A stretch of DNA of 64,000 nucleotides from Nitrososphaeraceae archaeon (GTDB lineage Archaea > Thermoproteota > Nitrososphaeria > Nitrososphaerales > Nitrososphaeraceae): the NCBI GenBank assembly GCA_035250975.1, contig DATFEP010000014.1, positions 1-64,000 of the forward strand, written 5' to 3'. A program made the translations under genes and the position numbers. The notes under the pieces are model-generated. The model was given only the letters and a program-made list of their open reading frames with translations. It made no database searches and was not told the DNA's origin. Position 1 is the first letter of the stretch. The number at the start of each line of letters is the position of its first letter. Positions 9,512-18,362 of this stretch are shown in pieces.

Positions 9512-10759
9512 TTGCTATTGTTAGATGAAACTAAATCTACAGATGAAGATGATTCTCTTTCTTTAGAAGCCACTGATGTTGATGCTGAAAATATAACTGA
9601 AACTCCTAGTTCACCTGTCACTGGACCTGTAGGTGTATCTGTCAGTGGGCCGAATAATGGAGAAAGAGAGGAATACATTAGGGCTATAAGACATTTGGAT
9701 CAGCTTTTAGCATTTAATCCTAGTGATCCTGGAACATATTTTGACAAAGGATTTATCTTAGAGATAATCGAGAAATTTGAGGATGCTATAAAATGCTTTG
9801 ATCATGCATTAAAAATAAAACCCAATTATTTTCAGGCCTTATATAGAAAGGGTTTAGTATTATCTCACCTGCAGAATTATGCTGATGCAATAAAATGCTT
9901 TGACCAAGCCTTAGAAATAAAACCAGACGATATCAATGTATTAAATAATAAAGGTTCTACATTTAATAAAATGGGTTTGTATAAAGAAGCTTCAGATATA
10001 TATGACGAATCACTGAAAATAAAACCAGATGATATTACTGCATTAAACAACAAAGGAGTTGCCTTAATAAACATGAACAAGATTCACGAAGCAATAGACT
10101 CTTATGATAAGGCACTAAGCGTAAAACCAAATGATATTACAGCATTAACTAACAAAGGAATTGCACTGTCGTCACTTGGAAGATATGACGATGCAATCTA
10201 TTACTACGATATGGCCCTGAACGTAAAACCCAACGATATTACCGCATTAACTAACAAGGGAGTTGCCCTGTCGTCACTTGGAAGATATGACGATGCAATA
10301 TATTATTATGATTCTGCGTTATCTTTAGATCCTAACTCTGCTAATCTTTATTTTAACAAAGGTCTAGCTTTGACTCACGCTGGAAATCATTCCGAAGCAA
10401 TACAATGCTATGATACGGCAATTAGTATAAAGAATGACTATGTAGATGCTTATTATAACAAAGCGGTATCTTTATCCGAACTTGGCAGGTTTGAAGAAGC
10501 GGTAAGATCCTATGATCAGGTCTTGTATCTATCATATGATTATGTATATGCCTATTATGGAAAAGGATATTCGTTGGATTGCTTAGAACGATATGAAGAA
10601 GCTATTCAATGTTATGACGAAGCAATTAGAATCGAACCCGAATATCTACATGCTTATTATCGTAAGGCAGAGGGCCTTGGAAAATTAGGAAAAGCAACTG
10701 AAGCCGATAAAATAATTAAAAGGGCTAAAGAGATAGAGGCAAAGGAATCTAATCGATAA
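9512..10759 (+). CDS. Tetratricopeptide-repeat protein with acidic N-terminus
   Basis: About 10 consecutive 34-aa TPR units (A..NKG..L..LG.Y..AI..YD.AL...P). Confidence 0.95.
   Translation: MLLLDETKSTDEDDSLSLEATDVDAENITETPSSPVTGPVGVSVSGPNNGEREEYIRAIRHLDQLLAFNPSDPGTYFDKGFILEIIEKFEDAIKCFDHALKIKPNYFQALYRKGLVLSHLQNYADAIKCFDQALEIKPDDINVLNNKGSTFNKMGLYKEASDIYDESLKIKPDDITALNNKGVALINMNKIHEAIDSYDKALSVKPNDITALTNKGIALSSLGRYDDAIYYYDMALNVKPNDITALTNKGVALSSLGRYDDAIYYYDSALSLDPNSANLYFNKGLALTHAGNHSEAIQCYDTAISIKNDYVDAYYNKAVSLSELGRFEEAVRSYDQVLYLSYDYVYAYYGKGYSLDCLERYEEAIQCYDEAIRIEPEYLHAYYRKAEGLGKLGKATEADKIIKRAKEIEAKESNR
10121..10312 (+). repeat. Near-identical 102-nt tandem duplication of one TPR unit
   Basis: VKPNDITALTNKG(I/V)ALSSLGRYDDAIYYYD occurs twice with a 102-nt period; the differences are mostly synonymous. 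Confidence 0.85.
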
Positions 10760-10868
10760 CCTTTCAATCTCAATTACGACATCTTAATTTCTTTTCTCAT
10801 TAAATTAAAATGTTTGAAATTATACTGCATACTGTTTACATTATCAACTAATATCAGAGTTCTTACAG

Positions 10869-11462
10869 CTATTTTACTTCAATTTTATACTCATATATCA
10901 GTGGTTGTGGTAAAAAGGTATTGTCAAAATCTATTCCAGTAATTTCAGCCACTAATCTGTATTCTCCTTTGCTACTAAAAATGGGACCTTCTATCTTTAT
11001 AGGACTACCAAAGTCAGAAACATAACTTGCTGCTAGGGTATCATAATTTGCGCTAACATGGTATCTTTCCATATTGCTATTGATGAATTCAATATTGATA
11101 TCACCATTATGTCCGTGAAGATTTTCAGTCATCAGATTTTTATTTTTGTTATCGTGGATGCTTATGATGTATGTAACGTGTGGAATATTGTTTCCTGTTT
11201 TATTGTCTATCAATGCTAAACTAACTTTTCCTTTTTCCGATACTGTGAATGTGGGATTATTGAATTTTAAAAAAAGTTCTCTATCTCCTATAATTGAAGG
11301 AGGTAAATTATGACCATCACCTCCACCACCATGCATTTGTCCCAAAACATCATTAAAGAATCCTGGATAATTGATTAATATTAAATTTATCACTATTGTG
11401 AGAGTAACCGTAAACATGATCCTACTGAAACTCGATTTTTTTAAATTTAAGAGCTCATTCAT
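10869..11462 (-). CDS. Secreted/surface hypothetical protein with His-containing motifs
   Basis: Signal/TM segment, then QMHGGGGDGH, HVTY and LHGHNG; Ig-like beta pattern. Confidence 0.7.
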   Translation of the reverse strand: MNELLNLKKSSFSRIMFTVTLTIVINLILINYPGFFNDVLGQMHGGGGDGHNLPPSIIGDRELFLKFNNPTFTVSEKGKVSLALIDNKTGNNIPHVTYIISIHDNKNKNLMTENLHGHNGDINIEFINSNMERYHVSANYDTLAASYVSDFGSPIKIEGPIFSSKGEYRLVAEITGIDFDNTFLPQPLIYEYKIEVK

Positions 11463-11620
11463 TATCTAAAAAATGCATATTGTTGTGAATATTTATACTT
11501 TAAACTAAAATAATAAAAAATAGAGCTGAATCTATGATCTCTGTTATCTTTGGTTAGTCATTTTTTTGCTTAAATACAAAGTATGAAAAAAATTTATACA
11601 TTTGAGTTCATATAATAACA

Positions 11621-12688
11621 TTGGTCATTGATACCATAAGAACAATAAAGCTTTTAGGAAAATGGTCCACAAATAGATTTATCGGAAAAAAACGTCCTCT
11701 AATAGCCGTCTTTAGTCTTACGCATTATTGTAATTTTTATTGTCCAATGTGTCCTTTTGGAGATCCTGATAAAATGAGTCAGATCAAGATCGCCAAACGA
11801 GACGATCTGTCTACTGAACAATGGAAAATAATTTTCGATAAAGTTTCAAAATATTGTATCTGGTCAATTATTGAAGGAGGTGAACCTACAAGTAGACCTG
11901 ATTTTATGGAATTAGTTGTATATTTGTATAAATTGCGTATGCCCATCACTTTGATAACTAATTGTTCTTTATTGCATCAGATTGATTTGCTTGAATTAAA
12001 AAAATATATTCAATTTATAACTTGCAGTATCGATTCTGTATATCAAGATTCTTATTGTAAAGTAAGAGGTGTGTCGCAAGAGGTTTTTGCTAGAGTTATG
12101 AAAAATCTTCTCCTTCTTAAAAATCATAATATACCTCATTATTTCAATTCAGTAATTACTAAATACAATACTGACGAATTTATCAACCAATCTTATTTTG
12201 AGAAAGCGAAAGAACTTGGTTCGAATGCAGTTTCACTCACATTTGTAGAGGATAGGTCTGATGTAGATTATTCTCTCCTACCAGACCGTAAAACCATTGT
12301 CTCCATTTGTGAAAGTATTATTGATTATAGTAAGAAACATACCAGTCCAAGAATAATGATACCGATGGAATATTTTGAACAAATAATTGAACACGGTAGG
12401 GGAATATATGATGAATGTGGTGTTTGGAAAAGTATCTTTGTGAATGGAAATGGAACCGTACTAGTTCCATGTTGGAAATATAACTCTCCTTCAAATACAT
12501 ATAATTTGTTAGAGCAAAGTGTAGAAGAAGTGTGGGAATCTCCTCAATGGGATATTGCAAGAACGTGTAAGGATTGCAAGGTATTAGGTTGTATTTGGTA
12601 TTCATCACAGCCAATCACCACCTTTGCAAAAAACTATATGAGAGGAATGTCAAATCTTATCAATCAAGAGAAATATGGAGCACTTTAA
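11621..12688 (+). CDS. Radical SAM / SPASM-domain protein (archaeal PTO1314-like)
   Basis: CNFYCPMC (CxxxCxxC), EGGEP, C-terminal Cys array C..PC..CKDC...GC. Confidence 0.85.
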   Translation: MVIDTIRTIKLLGKWSTNRFIGKKRPLIAVFSLTHYCNFYCPMCPFGDPDKMSQIKIAKRDDLSTEQWKIIFDKVSKYCIWSIIEGGEPTSRPDFMELVVYLYKLRMPITLITNCSLLHQIDLLELKKYIQFITCSIDSVYQDSYCKVRGVSQEVFARVMKNLLLLKNHNIPHYFNSVITKYNTDEFINQSYFEKAKELGSNAVSLTFVEDRSDVDYSLLPDRKTIVSICESIIDYSKKHTSPRIMIPMEYFEQIIEHGRGIYDECGVWKSIFVNGNGTVLVPCWKYNSPSNTYNLLEQSVEEVWESPQWDIARTCKDCKVLGCIWYSSQPITTFAKNYMRGMSNLINQEKYGAL

Positions 12689-12938
12689 ATTCAGAAATAT
12701 ATTGAATTATTACTATAGTATTAGACAGTAATTGATAGCATCTTTTAACAGATAATTTTATAATATGATATAAGAATATTTGAAAGTATTTACATCTTTA
12801 TATTAAGTACTAATTTATCTACTAATGTGTCCACTGACGTAAATTCCGTATTATAGTTCGATAAATCTCTTCTTGAATTATATTAAATATTATATTAAAT
12901 AGAATTTGACAAGTTAATTAAATTTACTTACTCTAAAA

Positions 12939-12972
12939 TGGGATAAGCCATTTTATAAAATGGCTTATCCCA
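12939..12972. promoter_or_regulatory. Perfect 34-bp palindrome centred on a TATA-like TTTTATAAAA
   Basis: TGGGATAAGCCATTTTATAAAATGGCTTATCCCA equals its own reverse complement. Confidence 0.6.
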
Positions 12973-12976
12973 ATGT

Positions 12977-13107
12977 GATGACTCGGTTGGTATGTGAATC
13001 ACAGACTGGGTGAGATTGAGAATATGTTCTCGAATATCTTATGGAAGTAATATTATTTAATAATTTTTGTCATTCGATCGGAGGTGGTGCGAATCCATTC
13101 TTCCTCA
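12977..13107 (+). ncRNA. Candidate structured small RNA with a T-loop, tRNA-like 3' end
   Basis: Several stems use G-U pairs that favour the + strand; GGTGG-TGCGAAT-CCATT T-arm; upstream TATA; downstream T-run/palindrome. Confidence 0.35.
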
Positions 13108-13132
13108 AATTTTTTCGGCGCCGAAAAATTTT
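13108..13132. terminator. T-run plus 18-bp palindrome TTTTTCGGCGCCGAAAAA; candidate bidirectional terminator
   Basis: Perfect palindrome at 13111-13128 gives an oligo-T tract on both strands. Confidence 0.4.
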
Positions 13133-13529
13133 ATTTATCGTTCAATATTTCATTTTGACATGATCAAAAAGGGATAAAAAAGAGTTATTTTGAATGTTTG
13201 ACTTTGTTATGATGTAAGAAGACTTTTTCCACAGCTTCATCATCATCATTATACAAGTCTTCTGATTTCTTATTTTTCATTATTTGAATATTAACTATCT
13301 TTTTGAGTATTTTAAATTTATTTCTATAAAAAATTTACAAATAAACCTATCAATTTAAACTATATATCTCTATTTAGCCACTAAAAATATATGCCTTTCA
13401 GGTGAGAAACATTTGCCAAAATAGCTCATGATATCTAACAAATATGATTTGTAGATAATCTACCCTGATAATTTTATCTGCTTAAATTCCGTATACAACT
13501 TGAACATTCTCTTTTTATGTCTTGTCCCT

Positions 13530-13940
13530 TTACAAACCCCATTCAATCTTTTTTTTAATATGAACTTTTACAAAAGGTGCTTCATTTTCCTTCCAAGGAT
13601 CTTTTTTCACCCAAGTGAATTTTTTTTCAAAAATATCATAAATATTTTTGAATTTCTCTCCTTTCTCAATAATTGAACCAAGTCCCTGTATGAATAGAGC
13701 CTTATTTCCATTGGTCTTATCATATACATCGATAATTATTGATATTCGATTATTTTTACGAATATTTTTATATTTTTTAGTTTGATAATCTGTTGCAAAA
13801 AATATGCAATTATTCCAAAAAATATAACATACCGGAACAACATGGGGAATATCGTTGTATGATGTAGCTACCCTACAAATTTCGTTATTTTGCAAAAATT
13901 TTATTTCTTTATTAGATAGTTTGATTTCTTCGTTTTTCAC
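13530..13940 (-). CDS. Pyridoxamine 5'-phosphate oxidase-like (flavin/F420-binding split barrel) protein
   Basis: CRVAT...PHVVPV...TKKYKNI..N..ISIIID pattern. Confidence 0.85.
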   Translation of the reverse strand: MKNEEIKLSNKEIKFLQNNEICRVATSYNDIPHVVPVCYIFWNNCIFFATDYQTKKYKNIRKNNRISIIIDVYDKTNGNKALFIQGLGSIIEKGEKFKNIYDIFEKKFTWVKKDPWKENEAPFVKVHIKKKIEWGL

Positions 13941-14455
13941 TTATTGTATATTGTAAATAGTTCCTTATATTCTAATACAGTTATTACCTTCATTTGTTTT
14001 GTAGATAAAGTACCGGATAGAAATAACATAACAATATCCAAATACAATCTATGATATTATCTAAGAATTATAATTTGCATATGTTATTGTATTTTTCATT
14101 ATATTATAATAATATACCATTTAATAATTTCAAATTCTGAAAATAGTGTATTATAAAAAGTTACTTGTCTAACTTTAAGGTAGATTTATTTCTATATTTT
14201 AGTAATATATCTATAATGTAGAATGTAAAAATAAGATATTATTCAAATTTTTAGCCTGTGTTATATTGCAAAATGGGAATATATTATCTTAAGTTTTCAA
14301 CATCATTTTATTTTTTTTATAGTTATTTGTAATTATCTATGAAAATCTAAGTCATAGAAGTGGGCTTGATAGGAAACAGCGTCTGGATCTTCAAATAAAG
14401 TGAGTTTATCATCAATGAAAACTTTTTTAACTGATAGTTTCTCTTGTTTTTTTCA

Positions 14456-14737
14456 ATGGATCCTAGCAAAATCAAATGTTCTCATATCCTTTTAAAAAAA
14501 CACAGTGAGGCTTTGGAGATATTGAACAGAATAAAAAATGGAGAAAGTTTTTCTAATCTAGCTAAAGATCTTTCTATCGACAAGGCGAGTGGGAAACGTG
14601 GCGGTGACTTAGGATTTTTTAGAAAGGGAGCCATGGTAAAACCATTTGAGGATGCTGCATTTAAATTACAGAAGGGAGAGGTATCCGAACCTGTAAAAAC
14701 GGAATTTGGATACCACATCATAAAAAGGATAAGCTAG
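14456..14737 (+). CDS. Parvulin-type peptidyl-prolyl cis-trans isomerase
   Basis: CSHIL, F..LA...SID..S..RGGDLG.F..G.MVKPFE.AAF, KTEFGYHII. Confidence 0.95.
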   Translation: MDPSKIKCSHILLKKHSEALEILNRIKNGESFSNLAKDLSIDKASGKRGGDLGFFRKGAMVKPFEDAAFKLQKGEVSEPVKTEFGYHIIKRIS

Positions 14738-14870
14738 CCTAAAAAACTAAAGTTCTTAGTTTACTATTTAACGACCTGTTGTCTTTTTTGATATGCATTT
14801 ATGTTATAATATAATCAATAAATTATACAAACATATTTAATGAAGATTTGATCTAATAATAAAATTTCAT

Positions 14871-15695
14871 ATGAAGGGACTCTATGCTGTATTTTTTATT
14901 CTTTCACTCGTCTCGATCATTATTTTTCCTTTATCGCTTCAATATGTATTCGCGCAGAAAAAAAATGACGATAATACATTTCCGGTAATAGCTGATATTG
15001 GATTGGAAAATATCGAGAAAAAGGGTTTCATTCGTGTGGTAGCATTTATCAGTGGACAACCTTTTACGGAAGATATCCAACTATCAGAAATTAAAAATTC
15101 AACAAAAAATATTGCAGTAACGTTCAATGTTGAAAAGGAGACCGATCTTGTAACCGCCGCTCCGCCTGATGAGCTTTTTATCTGCGCATATCATGTTAGG
15201 GATATCTTAAGAGAGTACAATTCCTTCATTTATTACGATTGTAACGAAGGGGATCTATTATCCACAGACAGTCCAACAAAATTGGGATTATTTAAGAATT
15301 TTAATGTATATGATAAAAGCAAGGTCCTTTATGACCTATCTCAAAAATCTATTCCTGATCCCAAACAAAAGAACTCTGATAAAGTCCTTATCAAAGTAAT
15401 CGTTCCTCTTTCCGACAAAAAAGATACTGAAAAATTGATGGTAATGGCCATGGTCAAAGGACAGATTCAAACAGCAATGATGGATGTTCAACAGGAACTA
15501 GACAAATCAAAAGACTATACCCTTACCAAGGTATTTACGTTTGATAGAAAAACAGACATAGGTGCAATAAATATAGGAGATAAATTTTTTGCCTGTGTCT
15601 CAAGTGAAGATCTAACTCCACCCGAAGCTACGGAATGTGAAAAAAGGGAGGTTAAAAGATTTGGCACGCCATCAAACCCGCTACCTGCACGCTAA
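14871..15695 (+). CDS. Secreted hypothetical protein with two internally repeated Cys-pair domains; paralogue of 33131..34057
   Basis: Signal peptide; FICAY...YDCNEG and FFACVSSEDL-x-PP...ECEK motifs. Confidence 0.75.
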   Translation: MKGLYAVFFILSLVSIIIFPLSLQYVFAQKKNDDNTFPVIADIGLENIEKKGFIRVVAFISGQPFTEDIQLSEIKNSTKNIAVTFNVEKETDLVTAAPPDELFICAYHVRDILREYNSFIYYDCNEGDLLSTDSPTKLGLFKNFNVYDKSKVLYDLSQKSIPDPKQKNSDKVLIKVIVPLSDKKDTEKLMVMAMVKGQIQTAMMDVQQELDKSKDYTLTKVFTFDRKTDIGAINIGDKFFACVSSEDLTPPEATECEKREVKRFGTPSNPLPAR

Positions 15696-15891
15696 ATAAT
15701 AAAAATTCCACTAAATTTGTAAAATTTTGAAAATATTGGAGATTTATTACTTCTTTTCGATTATATGTATATTGTTAATTCATTTATTAAATTTCAATTA
15801 TTAACAAGCGATATACTCTTAAATCCATCAATTTTCAGATATACAGTTTAGTCATTATCATTTTAGAAAACCTTTACAATATTATATTATA

Positions 15892-17145
15892 GTGAAATCG
15901 AGTATAATCTTAATATTTATGTCAATACGAGTTTATCCTATGACATCACATAATCATGTACTTTCTTTTCTGTTATTTTTAACATTTAGCTTAGTTTATG
16001 GTTCATTATTAAATAATTTTCCTGATGTTTATTCACAGGTTTTTGAAATAGATGAAAATGATTACTTTGAGTTTGATGATTCAACCTCAAATACAAATAG
16101 TCCATCAGAAGAATTTGCTAAAAAAGAAAGTTCAGATGAAGATGAAGATAAAGACGAAGATAAAAAAAGTAAGGATAAAAAAAAATCAAAGAAAAAATAT
16201 GATAATACAGATTATGAGGACGAATATACTGTAGCCGAATATTCTGGAAAATATAACAAGGATGATGTTCAACAGCATTATATTCAGAAATATTATTTGA
16301 ACGGTACATTTATTTCAAGTTGGGGAACCAAGGGAACAGGTGATGGCGAATTTATACATCCCCACAATATCGCTGTTGATTCTAAGGGAAATGTGTATGT
16401 CACAGATGAAAGACGAAGCGATGTTCAAAAATTTGATTCTAATGGTAACTATCTTCTCTCGTGGGGAGCACCCAAAGATCCCAACCTTTTTTCACACAAA
16501 ATGGAAGACGTAAATATTGACAGAGATGGAAACGTTTGGGTGGTAGATTGGGGGATGGGCAAAATGTACAAATTCGATCCAAATGGAAAACTTCTCATGA
16601 GTTTTGGTAAGAGAGGAGATGGAGAAGGGCAATTTAATAGGTCATGGGGAATAGCCTTTGATTCCGATAACAATATTTACACTTCTGAAAAATATGCCTT
16701 TCGAATACAGAAATTCGATCCAAATGGCAAATTCATTAACCAATGGGGTACATTTGGAGAAGGTAATTCACAATTCAGACATCTTCATGCAATATCAATC
16801 GATTCTAAAGATAATGTGTATATAGATGACGAAGACAATGGTAATGTGCAAAAATTTACCAAAGATGGTAAATTTATAACCAGTTGGGGTTCTGTCGGAA
16901 AGGCGGAAGGTCAGTTTGACGAACCACATGGAATCGATTTTGACTCCCAAGGAAATGTGTATGTAGTAGACACACAAAATCACCGTGTACAAGTCTTCAC
17001 TCCTGATGGAGAATATATTCGAAGTATAGGCGTGAAGGGTGCTGGTCTAGGAGAATTTCTCTTAATACATGATATCGATATAGATAAAAATGATATAATG
17101 TATATATTGGATAGTAGAGATGCACATCCAAATAAGATAAACTGA
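15892..17145 (+). CDS. Secreted NHL-repeat six-bladed beta-propeller protein
   Basis: Repeated WG..G.G.G.F..P.GIA.DS..NVYV.D..N.RVQKF units; signal peptide; charged D/E/K linker. Confidence 0.9.
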   Translation: MKSSIILIFMSIRVYPMTSHNHVLSFLLFLTFSLVYGSLLNNFPDVYSQVFEIDENDYFEFDDSTSNTNSPSEEFAKKESSDEDEDKDEDKKSKDKKKSKKKYDNTDYEDEYTVAEYSGKYNKDDVQQHYIQKYYLNGTFISSWGTKGTGDGEFIHPHNIAVDSKGNVYVTDERRSDVQKFDSNGNYLLSWGAPKDPNLFSHKMEDVNIDRDGNVWVVDWGMGKMYKFDPNGKLLMSFGKRGDGEGQFNRSWGIAFDSDNNIYTSEKYAFRIQKFDPNGKFINQWGTFGEGNSQFRHLHAISIDSKDNVYIDDEDNGNVQKFTKDGKFITSWGSVGKAEGQFDEPHGIDFDSQGNVYVVDTQNHRVQVFTPDGEYIRSIGVKGAGLGEFLLIHDIDIDKNDIMYILDSRDAHPNKIN

Positions 17146-17310
17146 TCTTTGACTTTATATAAATTTCAGTTAAGAAATAAAATCAGTTCTCTAAATTATT
17201 TTTTGACATCATGGAATTGAGGCAAGATCGTGCAATATTGTAAAACAGTGTTTGTACTTTCAAAATAAAATAACATCAATTAAAAATGATTATTATCATT
17301 CGAACGCCAA

Positions 17311-18048
17311 TTAACAATAGAAACTTCCCTTTATTTCACATACTAAATCTCTTACGTCGCTATTAACATAACTTGAATCTCTTTTAGCGTCAACATCATT
17401 TTGTAATTGTTTTATCTTAGCTAGGATTTGTTCTTCATTTTCATTTAAAGTATCGAAATTTTCCAATAATATTACAGCCCTTTTGAAAAACTGTTGTGCA
17501 TCTTGATACTCTGATAAATTAACAATTTTTCCTTCAAAGATAGATTCTGTATATTCATCCTCTGCCGAATTAATTAGTTCAGCGGTAACATTTAAAATAT
17601 ATCCACTATTTGTCATCTTTTCAGCAGGTATTGATTGCTCAAGTGATTTTTCTAATATTTTTGTTAACTTTGTTTTTTCATTGATGGTTTCGTTAAGCGA
17701 ATTTGAACCAATAGATGTTGCAAAACTTTTCAATCCATTAGACAATTCATTACTTAATGTGGAATTCGTTTGATTTAATCTTTCATTGATCGTTTCAAGA
17801 ATTTCTTCAATGGGATGTAATGCATGTGCAATTGCAAGCATGTTATTGTTATTATGTTTGTTTTCTACTGATGCGTTCAGATGTCCTATCATTCGTTCGA
17901 TATAGGAGTGAAACTCATAGTCGCTGAGCTTACTATTAATATTTTGTGCATGAACCATATCATGTTCAAAAGATTGATGAGAACTTAGTAATAATAATGA
18001 AGATAGACACACTATTAAATCAAAATAATAACCTAACGTCATATCCAT
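17311..18048 (-). CDS. Secreted alpha-helical hypothetical protein, possibly metal-binding
   Basis: Signal peptide; GHL...AHALHP.EE and EY.E....G.I....EYQDAQ motifs. Confidence 0.7.
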   Translation of the reverse strand: MDMTLGYYFDLIVCLSSLLLLSSHQSFEHDMVHAQNINSKLSDYEFHSYIERMIGHLNASVENKHNNNNMLAIAHALHPIEEILETINERLNQTNSTLSNELSNGLKSFATSIGSNSLNETINEKTKLTKILEKSLEQSIPAEKMTNSGYILNVTAELINSAEDEYTESIFEGKIVNLSEYQDAQQFFKRAVILLENFDTLNENEEQILAKIKQLQNDVDAKRDSSYVNSDVRDLVCEIKGSFYC

Positions 18049-18362
18049 TAGTGATATAACTTCTAGTATATTTATCCTATATTTTTTTAAAAATCAAGTA
18101 TTATATTGATTAGTATTTTTATTATCTGTGCTAAATTTTATTGCATTCCCTTTTCATATAAGTTAAAAAAAACTGAAAGGATGTCACTAGGTGAGTAAAA
18201 TATCATAAAATATCATGAAATATCCTGCTCTCAATCGCATACATTATATGTTTGTCATTATGAAAAAATATTAGAAAGGAATTACGGCAGATCTGTTAAG
18301 TTAAATAAAATACTTCTCACATTTTCCGTGCCCTTTGTAAAAAAATAAACAAGTGAAATACA

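Noticed and set aside
13079-13107. Cobalamin riboswitch suggested by GGTGCGAATCC
   Set aside because: The flanking conserved elements (AGGGAA before the T-loop, GCCACTG and the B12 box) were not found, and there is no co-oriented downstream gene
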